From Albugo candida (taxonomy: Eukaryota): DNA of 20,000 nucleotides. The stretch is taken from the NCBI GenBank assembly GCA_040437565.1, contig JBDOQK010000071.1, positions 120,656 to 140,655 of the forward strand. Direction: 5' to 3'. The notes under the pieces are model-generated. The model had not been told where the DNA came from. It saw only the letters and a list, made by a program, of their open reading frames with translations, and searched no databases. The stretch's first letter is position 1, and each line of letters starts with the position of its first letter. Below are positions 1 through 9,759 of the stretch, one piece after another. The position numbers and the translations under genes were made by a program.

Positions 1-1764
1 CGTCATCGTGTCCATCTTCTCGTGCAAATGAGTAAGCTCTAATGCAATTTTGGAATCCAACGCATTTATTTTGTCCAATTCTTGCCGACGTTTATCCAGC
101 TCAGAAGTAAGACGCTGTTTGGTGCTTACGGAAGATTCCAATTGACGTTCTTTGAACGTGACGTCGTTCTTCAATTCTTCCAAATTGCTTGCGTTTGCAT
201 TCGACAGAACTTTCTCTTCGTTACTGAGACTATTGGATATATGTTCAAGTAATTTGACAATCAGATTTTGTGACTCAGATTGTGCGCTCAGATCTGATTC
301 TTTCTTTGCATCGAAAGCGTCCATAAAACTTGTCATTTCTTTGTCTCGTTGGAAGAGCATCTCATACTTTTGTGATGGATCACCGTTTCCAGTCCGCTCT
401 TGAAGATCTGCTTCCATCTCGTTACACGACTTTGCAAGCTCTTGATTTTCCTGTGAGGCGTTTTGAACCTCTACTTCCAAAGCCTCCAATCGAGTCTTAT
501 CCTGCTTCACTTTGAGTAAGAGCATCGCTCGCGCTTCATTGGGATCCATCGATACNNNNNNNNNNNNNNNNNNNNNNNNNNNNNNNNNNNNNNNNNNNNN
601 NNNNNNNNNNNNNNNNNNNNNNNNNNNNNNNNNNNNNNNNNNNNNNNNNNNNNNNGATGGATCACCGTTTCCAGTCCGCTCTTGAAGATCTGCTTCCATC
701 TCGTTACACGACTTTGCAAGCTCTTGATTTTCCTGTGAGGCGTTTTGAACCTCTACTTCCAAAGCCTCCAATCGAGTCTTATCCTGCTTCACTTTGAGTA
801 AGAGCATCGCTCGCGCTTCATTGGGATCCATCGATACAGTCTTCGCCTCTTCGTCCAATTCCTTCCTTTCAATTTCAAGCTTCCGCAACTGATTCTCTAA
901 CTTCTCAAAGTCGTCTCTATACGTATCATTTCCCAGTTCTGATTCCTTTTTCTGGACAACACTCATCAGCTGTTCGAGCTCTTTGGTCCTTAGTTCGATA
1001 CCGGTCTCAGTCTCGCGATGTTCTGCGAGCAATTCTTTGTATCGTGCGAGCTTCTGAGGTGCCAACTGATTGATTTTCTCTTCATGTTGTGCTTGGATAC
1101 CACGAGTTTCTTGTTCCATTCGACGACCCATTTGCTCTTGCTCTTGTCGATGTAGGAAAATACGATCGATTTCTTCGGCTTCTTTCTTATTTCGGAGGGA
1201 TAGTTGCTCTTTCACGTTGTACACGTCTGCTGGATCAGTTCCGCTGCGTAATTTATCCATGGCAAGGTTACAATCGGCGAGTTGGCCTTCAAGCTCGCGA
1301 ACGGATCCAGATAGAATCTCATACTTGCGCTCGAGTTGCGCAAATTGAACTTTATCTTTCGCATCTTGCTCTTTTTCAGTGTGGAGACGTTCAATTTCAG
1401 TGGTGATATCAGCAATTTTGGTGTGTAGTATGCCCATAAAGTAGGATGCGTCTTGAACCTGTCGGCGAGGACCCGCTGTACCAATACGAATCCCCATCAT
1501 ACCTTGCTGCGTTACTGGTCGATCTGATACATTGACTTCTGTGTTCAGACTTAATCCGAAACCTGCTGTTTGCCCTGATGTAGATGGTACAGCCATACCC
1601 GTTCCGAGTCGGCCGGTTAGCGGGCGATTGGAACCACTTGCGGTTGGTACACGTTGACCTGTGCTAAGACGGGCAAGTGGAGCATTCTGTCGTGTTCCGG
1701 GTCGACCAAGATTAGCTCCTGTTTCTGGACGAATACCACTACCTGTGCCAGGTCGATCGGACAT
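1..1764 (-). CDS. IFT74: Intraflagellar transport protein 74 (IFT-B coiled-coil subunit); 3' end runs off the window
   Basis: Absent from the ORF track. My translation from ATG 1764 gives MSDRPGTGSGIRPETG...NTEVNVSDRPVTQQGMMGIRIGTAGPRRQVQDASYFMGILHTKIADITTEIERL...ELEGQLADCNLAMDKL...KYEMLFQRDKEMTSFMDAF, with no stop to position 1. The basic Arg/Pro/Gly N-terminus and the DRPVTQQG and LxGQLADxN motifs followed by long coiled coils are characteristic of IFT74. The N-gap plus a 182-bp duplication (offset 282) preserves the frame. Confidence 0.92.
   Translation of the reverse strand, partial: MSDRPGTGSGIRPETGANLGRPGTRQNAPLARLSTGQRVPTASGSNRPLTGRLGTGMAVPSTSGQTAGFGLSLNTEVNVSDRPVTQQGMMGIRIGTAGPRRQVQDASYFMGILHTKIADITTEIERLHTEKEQDAKDKVQFAQLERKYEILSGSVRELEGQLADCNLAMDKLRSGTDPADVYNVKEQLSLRNKKEAEEIDRIFLHRQEQEQMGRRMEQETRGIQAQHEEKINQLAPQKLARYKELLAEHRETETGIELRTKELEQLMSVVQKKESELGNDTYRDDFEKLENQLRKLEIERKELDEEAKTVSMDPNEARAMLLLKVKQDKTRLEALEVEVQNASQENQELAKSCNEMEADLQERTGNGDPXXXXXXXXXXXXXXXXXXXXXXXXXXXXXXXXXXVSMDPNEARAMLLLKVKQDKTRLEALEVEVQNASQENQELAKSCNEMEADLQERTGNGDPSQKYEMLFQRDKEMTSFMDAFDAKKESDLSAQSESQNLIVKLLEHISNSLSNEEKVLSNANASNLEELKNDVTFKERQLESSVSTKQRLTSELDKRRQELDKINALDSKIALELTHLHEKMDTMT
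374..837. other. Assembly artefact: identical 182-bp copies (374-555 and 656-837) either side of a 100-N gap
   Basis: The sequence gatggatcaccg...gggatccatcgatac appears identically on both sides of gap 556-655. Collapsing it gives a continuous IFT74 ORF. Confidence 0.9.
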
Positions 1765-2305
1765 TTGGAATGAGACTCGAGCAACCTTTCAAGATATAGC
1801 ACTTGGCAAGATGCGATTGGTTGAAAGCGCATGATAAGAGGCATTGGTTGGATAATTTTCGACGTACGAGAGATTCATTTGATTTGTAGAAGATGGTACA
1901 TACTATAAAGGAAGTGATTAAATAATTTNNNNNNNNNNNNNNNNNNNNNNNNNNNNNNNNNNNNNNNNNNNNNNNNNNNNNNNNNNNNNNNNNNNNNNNN
2001 NNNNNNNNNNNNNNNNNNNNNNNNNNNNATTTTTGAAATGAACAGGTCCCTCCCAAAGGGAGGATCAAGAAATTGGATCAAGCCGCCATGATAGGGGTCA
2101 AGTCCACGGTAATCTTTAGTAAAAGGCGAAAGATTAATTCGTGTTGAATTTAACCCGACGGAGATACTCTAATCTCCGTACTTTGGCAAACTACATAGTG
2201 GGTTACATCCCACACGGACAAAGCGCACTCACCGTGAGCACGCCCCACACAGTACCACACATCTACCGCCCTGTAATAGACAATAAACAATGCTCCCCTT
2301 TCATA

Positions 2306-3522
2306 ATGACAGAAACGTCAGAAACATACAATTGGCGCCTTCAAACCGAAAATGACGTTCGATTACAGCAAATAAGTCAGTCAGTCAACATCCTCCTCCA
2401 AAAACTCAATGAAATCGGCACGTCTGGCGACATTACTTTGCCCAAAAAAGCTCCATTACGGCACTACCAGCAACCTGTGAACGACCAAAATATCAGCGAT
2501 GAACGACATCATATCAACTACACAAGCTCTTCGAGCGAAGTCGAAGCGCATGAAATCGATCCGATGGATTATCTCAGCGATTTTGAGCCTGACGAGAGCG
2601 GGAAGAAGCATATTGCATCAGTAAATGAGGATGAAGACATGGAGCCCAAACACGATGCAATTGACACCGATAATCACTTGGAAAACGCTCAAGACGTCTC
2701 CGAAGCGGTAATAGATGCAGCTCGCACCCGTTATGCTTGAAATCACATCCTCTTCCCGTAGGAAAAGGAATATGACGATGAAGAATGCCGAGTGTGTCAT
2801 TTCGACGGGAACGAGTCTCAAATGCTTTTATGTGACAGCTGCGATCAAGGTACCTCAATAGCGTGGTAATCCGTCACACACTAACTTCATTCTTAGCGTA
2901 TCATTTGTATTGCTTACATCCTCCTCTCGATCAAATTCCTGATGGCGATTGGTTCTGTCCCAAATGCATCCAAGAAGCTCATCCTGGTCATCCACGAGTG
3001 CGTGTGTCTATAGAAGAAGACAGGCAGCCAGAGGAGATGCTTGTGGCCCCAAAGGAAGACAGGCAGCCAGAACAGATGCGTGTAGCCATGGAGGAAGAAA
3101 GGAAGCCACAAGAGATGCGTGTAGCCATGGAGGAAGACAGGAAGCCACAAGAGATGCGTGTGGACTCATCCCTCCCCACAGAGAACGCCGATAAAATCAT
3201 ACCACCGACGTCATTACTCGCTCCGACTGCAGATCAATTAGCGAAAGCGATTGAGAACGATATGGAAACATGCAATAATGTGCTCATTCACGCTTGTTCG
3301 TGTGAGCTAAACAACTGCGATCACGACGAGTTCGCTTCTGTATGCGTGTCAATGAAACTCTTTATGCAAAGTGCGTCATGGGCCTCACACAATTCGGATT
3401 GGATGAAATTGCAAATTGCCAATGCAACTGCAGCATTATTTGCATATCACTCGTTACATTGCGAAAATGCGGCGTGTCACGTACCGCTCTGTGCCGAATT
3501 ACGTGAGGAAGAGTTCGTATAA
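2306..3522 (+). CDS. PHD-finger protein with C-terminal degenerate TAZ-like zinc finger (3 exons: 2306-2707, 2762-2849, 2897-3522)
   Basis: GT-AG introns 2708-2761 (phase 0) and 2850-2896 (phase 1, CTAAC branch site ~2881) join a canonical C4HC3 PHD: [45 protein letters not shown]. The C-terminus LIHACSC..C..CVSMK...LFAYHSLHCENAACHVPLC resembles TAZ zinc fingers. The start is the first in-frame ATG (MTETSETYNWR) and is less certain. Confidence 0.82.
2998..3162 (+). repeat. Coding tandem repeat, 39-bp unit (~4 copies; 13 aa, approx. MRVAMEEDRKPQE)
   Basis: Units of the form atgcgtgtagccatggaggaagacaggaagccacaagag lie immediately after the PHD finger. Confidence 0.9.
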
Positions 3523-3838
3523 GTCACATACAAAACCTGTGATCTTTTATTATATATTTGTGACTTGAAGCTATTAATTATTGCGGGACGTCGACGGGTA
3601 AACCGCTACTTCAAACCCGCGGGTCAATACCCAAACCCATCACTGTCGGAACTTTAATGAGAATTATCGGATGCTCAAAATGGAGTCGTAGTGTCGCCAA
3701 TACACTTGCAATTCGAACCAAAAAGGAATGCATCCATTGATCGTTGCGTTCCGTTTGTGTCGTACTCGAACCACTTTGAATACCTTTGCATTTTCGCGTC
3801 AAAAGCGAATAAATCTGATGGCATCGATGACATTTGCT

Positions 3839-6800
3839 CTACAGCACAGTTTGTGAGATTGCTTCCTTCCTTCCATGCGACGAATGTGGTGAAGAGCGTT
3901 TCGCATCAAACGGAATCAATTGACGATGAGATGAACTTTCCACTTGACTCGCTTCGCTCTCCTTCCAATTTCTTCTGTGCGATACGTTTTCTCCACCGCA
4001 TTCACTTTTTTGCATTCCAATGTCATTTCTATTGTTTGTCCGACTCGATACTGTACGTCGATCGCTTGTCGCTGTTGTCGCTATTGACTGAAGGTCTTCA
4101 TCGATACCAAATGACGGGGTTTTGACTCCGATTGCGTGCAAGCTCACGAGTTTATCTCTTCTCTTCTGAACACGTCCGACACCTAATGCGACGAGAAGAA
4201 CAAGTGCTAAGGAACCAGTGATCGCAGTGATGAAAATCCACGATCGCCATAAGCGATGATTCGGATCATTGTCGTGTTCTCGGATTACCGATCCAATGAC
4301 GCTGGAAGAAGCCACAAAGGCGAATGCTTGTGAGTCTGCGAGAAGGATGCTATGGCCATAAATGATCGCTTCGACGAGAATGTCTCCAGCATCATTCACA
4401 AACGCGATATTGTCGGGCTTGTCATCTCGAAAGGATGATAAACTTGCCGCTTTAGTCTCTGCTGTACGAGCGGCACGAAGTAATTGCGTGTAGGCGACTT
4501 GAACCATTTCAACGTTGTTCTTCCGATCGCGTTTTGTTCCCGACTCGACTGTGACCGGATAGAATTCTTCATCACTTCCACGGATACGAACACTCAAATC
4601 TAAATCATGTTGAAGTTGAGTTTGAGCGTGGAGTGAGCCTGGAGGATCCGTCCATGCGATCGTCACACGAAGGTCGATATTTTTCGGAGCCATAAATGCA
4701 ATGCTCACACTTTGCTGATGTGCGACGCGAGGTTCACTACCTTCCGTGCTGTTGGGTAGGAAATACACTGGCAGCGTTGTGACGTTTCTCATTGCCTCTT
4801 CGTGACGCATTATCGATGTGTTGATGAACGCAAACGTCGCGATGTTGGACAGCTTTGGTTTTCCATAGCCTTGATATACGTCGGGGAAGGATAAAGGCCA
4901 CGATTTCCGTTCGGTGCCAGCACATGTAAAGGTCCCGGTGTGTGGTAAAGGTGCCATTCGAAGCGCTAATGACTCGCTACTGTGAATGATGAGTGCTTTC
5001 AGCAGTGCTGATGGGATCTTGTCCATTTTGTAAGCATAATCTCTTTGTCCATTCTTCCACCATCCGTCTCGTAACCATTCATACAAAAGCACCGCCATTC
5101 CAGTGACAGCAGGTGTCGCTTGAGACGTTCCCTGTAAAGAGCAGATTTCCTTGCTTTTCTTGACAGAACCGCTGGGTTCAGATTGACTTGAAGTAACGAG
5201 CATTCCGGGGGCGACAACGTCAGGCTTTAGTCGTCCATCGGTTGTCGGTCCAGCAGAAGAAAAGTAGGCAACTGTGCGTTCATTGAAGAGACTCGGGCAA
5301 TGGAAATTGTGGAATGTGTCGGCAGTGTTCAAAGACGCGCCAACGGAAATAACATTTTTAGCTCCTGATGGTGACGAAATGGTTCGTTGTCCCTGATCTC
5401 GCTCCAATCCACCACTATTTCCAGCTGCTATCACAAGTAGAATGTCCGGGTTTTCGTACAAGTAAGCATCTAGATCCCGCGCCTGAACGCTGTAATCGTT
5501 GCCACCAGTTCCCCAAGATAATGAAAATATCCGTGCACCAACTTTAGTCTGTGAACGTAATAATTCCGAAGCATCTGCTGGCACTTCAAGTTGCACGGAA
5601 CATCCCATTTTGTTGGCACAATCTTCGTTTTGTGTACCAATGTCCATAAAAGCGATTTTTGCATTACGAGCAATCCCCAAATCTTTTTCGCTTCGACTGT
5701 ATGAGCTTCCAGCCAAGATACCAGCAACATGTGTACCATGGCCACAAACGACTTGCTCCGACTCATCGGCTCGATTCTGCCATGGATTGTAGTACACGAC
5801 TTTGCGAGCTGTAGTATCTGGCTGCTCATAAATATTGCGTGAGGACTGATCGAATTGATCATGATTAATGTACAAACCGGTATCTGTGATGCCAACAATA
5901 ATCTCATTGCCGAGTATTCCCTTTTCCTGTGCTTCAGTTACACCCATAAGAGAATGGACATTTGTGTCCACTTTTGCTTTCACATGCGAATCAAACGGAT
6001 AAAAGTTTCCAAAATGAGCCTCAAACTCGAATTTCTCATCGACCCATTCCATATCACTATCATGAGAAAGCAATACAGCAATCCCTTGGAGCCATGTTTG
6101 CAAGTCATAGTTTTTGGAAGTGTGGATAGAGCGATCAGATCCTTTTCCAATGTAAAAGAAATCACTAATTCTCGTCCGTTGTATCATTGTTTCTTGCAGC
6201 AATTTCAGTGTCCTGGAGGCATCGCGACCACGCATTAATCGTATGTCCAGGATGGGGATAGAATCGGTGCTTTTGTGTCGATCCCATCGAGCTGCGCTTC
6301 GAGCGAGAGGAACCAGCTTCATCAGAGGAGAGATTGGTCTAATGTTGTGCACACACGCTAACTTGCGCACTTTATCGATCAACACCGATTGGAGATGTAT
6401 CATCACGACGTCGTGGGTTTGACGAGCCAAAATGGTTGTGTGCACAGCTTGTTTCTGTAGACTTTGGATCAAAACGATACAATGCCGCACATCGCTTGTT
6501 GGATCGATGTACATAACAACTGGATGAACGACATTCTCGTAAAGTTCGGTTCGTTTCGAGTGGTCTTCCTTCTTCACCATCCGAACCGATTCCACGTCAC
6601 AATGCTTTGAGAATGAATGTCTACTGTCTAAAAGACTTTCATATGCTTCGAGTAATATATTGAGACCATCAGAAACGGTAGAAAATGATGTATATGTGAA
6701 ATTCCCCCTCGAATTCGATGAACAATTGTATCTAGAAGACAATAGTGATGTACCGAGACGCCACGCGCATGGATAGAGCTCCATGCTGAACAGATCTGTT

Positions 6801-7102
6801 GCGTGAATTCCTTCCGAGTCGCATCTTCTTACGCTTTTAAAAAGTGAGTTTTGCGCGCACAAAGTTCGTTGAAGTTGAAGTTTTCGAGCGGAAAGGCAAC
6901 GAGACCAACATTCTGATGCAATCAAGTCGATAGGTAACGGTACTGGGCACTGTTGATGACAGTATGGTACTAATTTACTGGAAAGTACACTGGATAAACT
7001 CACTATACACGTATGTGACCAAATCGAAATAGCTAAATAACAAATATAACCATACATGTGTGTAAAATTGCGGCGAGAGCACATATACGTCTTCGTTTCC
7101 AT
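3839..7102 (-). CDS. Subtilisin-like serine protease (family S8, Kp43/Dictyostelium Tag-like), predicted type I membrane protein
   Basis: Long intronless ORF with intact catalytic motifs ITDTG (Asp), GHGTHVAG (His), AAGNSG (oxyanion Asn) and GTSQATP (Ser), plus FSSAGPTTDGRLKPDVVAPG. It has a C-terminal AWTDPPG...DLDL...NNVE beta-domain and a TM helix (WIFITAITGSLALVLLVALGV) followed by a basic cytosolic tail. First ATG is 7102; ATG 7057 (MYGYICYLAISIW) gives a better signal peptide. Confidence 0.93.
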   Translation of the reverse strand: METKTYMCSRRNFTHMYGYICYLAISIWSHTCIVSLSSVLSSKLVPYCHQQCPVPLPIDLIASECWSRCLSARKLQLQRTLCAQNSLFKSVRRCDSEGIHATDLFSMELYPCAWRLGTSLLSSRYNCSSNSRGNFTYTSFSTVSDGLNILLEAYESLLDSRHSFSKHCDVESVRMVKKEDHSKRTELYENVVHPVVMYIDPTSDVRHCIVLIQSLQKQAVHTTILARQTHDVVMIHLQSVLIDKVRKLACVHNIRPISPLMKLVPLARSAARWDRHKSTDSIPILDIRLMRGRDASRTLKLLQETMIQRTRISDFFYIGKGSDRSIHTSKNYDLQTWLQGIAVLLSHDSDMEWVDEKFEFEAHFGNFYPFDSHVKAKVDTNVHSLMGVTEAQEKGILGNEIIVGITDTGLYINHDQFDQSSRNIYEQPDTTARKVVYYNPWQNRADESEQVVCGHGTHVAGILAGSSYSRSEKDLGIARNAKIAFMDIGTQNEDCANKMGCSVQLEVPADASELLRSQTKVGARIFSLSWGTGGNDYSVQARDLDAYLYENPDILLVIAAGNSGGLERDQGQRTISSPSGAKNVISVGASLNTADTFHNFHCPSLFNERTVAYFSSAGPTTDGRLKPDVVAPGMLVTSSQSEPSGSVKKSKEICSLQGTSQATPAVTGMAVLLYEWLRDGWWKNGQRDYAYKMDKIPSALLKALIIHSSESLALRMAPLPHTGTFTCAGTERKSWPLSFPDVYQGYGKPKLSNIATFAFINTSIMRHEEAMRNVTTLPVYFLPNSTEGSEPRVAHQQSVSIAFMAPKNIDLRVTIAWTDPPGSLHAQTQLQHDLDLSVRIRGSDEEFYPVTVESGTKRDRKNNVEMVQVAYTQLLRAARTAETKAASLSSFRDDKPDNIAFVNDAGDILVEAIIYGHSILLADSQAFAFVASSSVIGSVIREHDNDPNHRLWRSWIFITAITGSLALVLLVALGVGRVQKRRDKLVSLHAIGVKTPSFGIDEDLQSIATTATSDRRTVSSRTNNRNDIGMQKSECGGENVSHRRNWKESEASQVESSSHRQLIPFDAKRSSPHSSHGRKEAISQTVL

Positions 7103-7258
7103 ACTTTGAACCAAGAAATCAGAAATATGAAAAGCTGCCGTAATTACGACCACACGTGATTCCCCAGCAAAAGCCTAATTGAAAGCGTTGAATTGTGTAG
7201 TGCGTCTAAATTGCTCTGGTCAATTAATTCAGTATAAATACAAATGCAAAAACACAAT

Positions 7259-7275
7259 GCTCATTCATTTCATCC
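7259..7275 (+). promoter_or_regulatory. Putative oomycete initiator (INR)-like element upstream of the glutaredoxin gene
   Basis: GCTCATTCATTTCA lies ~60 nt upstream of ATG 7322 and resembles the oomycete GCTCATTYY core. Confidence 0.45.
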
Positions 7276-7321
7276 AATCGTAAAATCGCTTTATTTTATC
7301 CAATTCTCTGCCTCCTCCAAC

Positions 7322-7894
7322 ATGCTCCCGAGACATTCATTCCATCAAACATTGCGAGTTTGTGCGCGACAGCGATCGCTTTCCGCGCTTCAACTGCACC
7401 TTTACGCGCATTGGAAGACTCCTGCGGCAAATCACAATCAACGTACTCTCCGTTTCTGTGCTACAAAAGCTCCAAACGATGACGGATCGCATTCCGATTT
7501 TCAGCCTAAATTTCATTCAACCGAATCGGATGGCGTTCAAGAAATGATTCAAAAGCACGTTTCCTCGTACCCAATCCTTCTTTATATGAAAGGAACGCCT
7601 ACTTCGCCGCAATGTGGCTTCAGCATGCAAGTTGTACGCATTTTACATTCGCATGGCGTGTCGTTTGACAGTATCAATGTGCTCGATCATCCTGATATTC
7701 GGAATGGAATCAAGGAATTTTCGTAAGTTTATAGTTTTTTAACATTTATATGATATTATAATGTGACTCGTAGGAAATGGCCGACGATACCGCAGCTGTA
7801 CGTCGATGGCGAGTTTGTTGGTGGGTGTGACATTATATCGGATTTGCATCAGTCCGGTGAGTTGGCGGATTTATTAAAAAAGCATAAAGATTAG
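7322..7894 (+). CDS. GRX5: Monothiol CGFS glutaredoxin, Grx5-like, probably mitochondrial (exons 7322-7722, 7774-7894)
   Basis: Exon 1 contains [16 protein letters not shown]. Intron 7723-7773 (GTAAGT...TAG) joins to [34 protein letters not shown], with stop TAG at 7892-7894. The Arg-rich, acid-free N-terminus ([20 protein letters not shown]) fits a mitochondrial presequence. Confidence 0.93.
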
Positions 7895-8410
7895 GTGCTG
7901 GGTAATATACGATACTGTTAACAATCGTACTTCCTAGAGAGATGTAGTACTCTTCGACTTAGACGTTGTAGTAATCGACGCTAACTATATGTAGTTGAGC
8001 GGGATATTATATTGTAGAAGCGAGAACCAATTGATGAGAATCTAGATTATAATTATTAAAGGGATAAAGTTGCGGGTAACGATATTATACACACTCACCA
8101 CGGTTTTGAGCGATGAGCTTGTTTCCAAGTTGCACGATAGATTATAAGTGATTCAAACAGGTTAAAGAGGGGGTTCAAACAGGTAACCATCGCTTACAGT
8201 TTGAATAAGTGCGGAAGAATCGACCGCATTGATTTATAAAGATAAATCATAAATCAGCCATCATTCATCGTACAACGAACGCGCCAAAACTGATACAAAT
8301 ACAAATCTCACTTTGAATGTCACGTACGGCTTTGTGTTCAATAGGAGTGCGCAAACACTCTCATTATCAAATTGTAGCTCTTAAGGAGAGATTGAAGTAA
8401 GTATCGTATC

Positions 8411-8680
8411 ATGCGCTATCAACTCTTCGTGTGCATTCTTTTGCTTGCAAGTCTTCCAATGCTATTCGCTGACTCCGATGATGGATCCGAATCAAGCTCT
8501 GAAAGCGTGACATCATCATCTTCCAATGAATTGGATAAATCGCTCGGTGATTATATCCATGAAAGAAGACGCCGCAAAAAGGTCCAAACAATTAAAAGAG
8601 AAAATTTTTTGAAGCAAAGTTTTGAATGTGTGAAGACCGATTCTCGTATTCTTGGAAAGATATGTGTAAAAGGCTCGTAG
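8411..8680 (+). CDS. Small secreted protein, paralog 1 (89 aa; candidate effector with NLS-like RRRRKK)
   Basis: Signal-peptide-like MRYQLFVCILLLASLPMLFA, Ser/acidic linker, basic cluster, ends CVKGS*. INR-like CTCATTATCAAATT at ~8360. Homologous to 9760-9978 in signal peptide and flanks. Confidence 0.8.
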   Translation: MRYQLFVCILLLASLPMLFADSDDGSESSSESVTSSSSNELDKSLGDYIHERRRRKKVQTIKRENFLKQSFECVKTDSRILGKICVKGS

Positions 8681-9161
8681 TATACAAACAAGTCGATGGT
8701 TCCCGTTCTTGGCTGATCGTTTCATTCATATATAGTTTTGAAGGATATTTCCACCGAAGAACGAGAGCATAGACTTGTGTAGTACCGCCATTTGACTTAT
8801 ATGCTCTTACAGTAAACTCACACACGTTTTTATGCAGCGCTAAGACCACAAATCTGTCTATCAGCGGCAATAAGGGTTGTTGATAAAGAGGTTCGAGAGA
8901 TATAAAGCCTTAAAGGTAATTAGATATCCGCATTTTCAGCTCCTTTATGTTAATCCACGTGGTACACACAAAAGACAAATATAACTCGGTGAAACATCTC
9001 CTCCTTACTCGCGGTCGCACTTGTCCATAAAGACATTGAAAAAAGTCCTTATTCCACCCTTCCGAAGGGGTGTTGCTTTTTATGTAGACACCCCTTTTAC
9101 TAAGATACCGGGTTTTAGCGTGATTCGCATAATCCTAAAACTATGTTGATCAGTTTTGCCA

Positions 9162-9409
9162 CAACGTTATATAACATAGTATTCAATGAGGATCAAATGG
9201 CTCATAATTATTGAACATCGACTCACGCATCCATANNNNNNNNNNNNNNNNNNNNNNNNNNNNNNNNNNNNNNNNNNNNNNNNNNNNNNNNNNNNNNNNN
9301 NNNNNNNNNNNNNNNNNNNNNNNNNNNNNNNNNNNCAACGTTATATAACATAGTATTTGATGAGGATCAAAAGGCTCATAATTATTGAACATCGACTCAC
9401 GCATCCATA
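9162..9409. other. Gap-flanking 74-bp duplicate with 3 substitutions (9162-9235 vs 9336-9409), likely an allelic bubble
   Basis: caacgttatataacatagtatt...cgcatccata occurs on both sides of gap 9236-9335, with differences attCAatg/attTGatg and aaaTgg/aaaAgg. Confidence 0.75.
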
Positions 9410-9707
9410 TACTGCGTTTATACACCACTTTTTCGTTTCATCAATTACAAAACTAGCACCGTTCTACAATTACACGATTCTTATGGGCAACCAAGTATTC
9501 CCAAATGTTTCATACGACAGACATTCCCATCGCAATCGTTGCATAACACACACACTCGCCTGATCGCGCAAGAATCGCCTTGTATACAATCTCCATAACA
9601 AAACTATACCTAACCAGTCATTTGGCAAGTGCGAAAGTTCGAGAACCAAATCCTACCACGTATGTTGGAGAACGGCTTTGTATAGGTGGACAGAATGCAG
9701 TCATCAT

Positions 9708-9724
9708 CTCATTTTCAATTTAGA
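9708..9724 (+). promoter_or_regulatory. INR/FPR-like core promoter of small secreted paralog 2
   Basis: CTCATTTTCAATTTAG lies ~50 nt upstream of ATG 9760, at the same relative position as the related motif upstream of paralog 1. Confidence 0.55.
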
Positions 9725-9759
9725 GCTGGCGGGAACATATCACAATCAACTATCGTATC

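Noticed and set aside
152-1844. Multiple short ORFs listed in the track over 152-1844
   Set aside because: They are antisense or out-of-frame shadows of IFT74.
3583-3640. GC-rich patch with CGGGT/ACCC motifs reminiscent of hAT/MITE subterminal repeats
   Set aside because: Too short, and no TIR or TSD is identifiable.
6945-6965. CHQQC in the subtilase N-terminus as an Albugo CHxC/CCG effector motif
   Set aside because: Spacing does not fit CHxC or CxxCxxxxxG, and the protein is a TM-anchored protease.
7244-7321. Upstream ATG 7244 as the glutaredoxin start
   Set aside because: An INR-like element lies downstream of it (7259), and ATG 7322 gives a better mitochondrial presequence.
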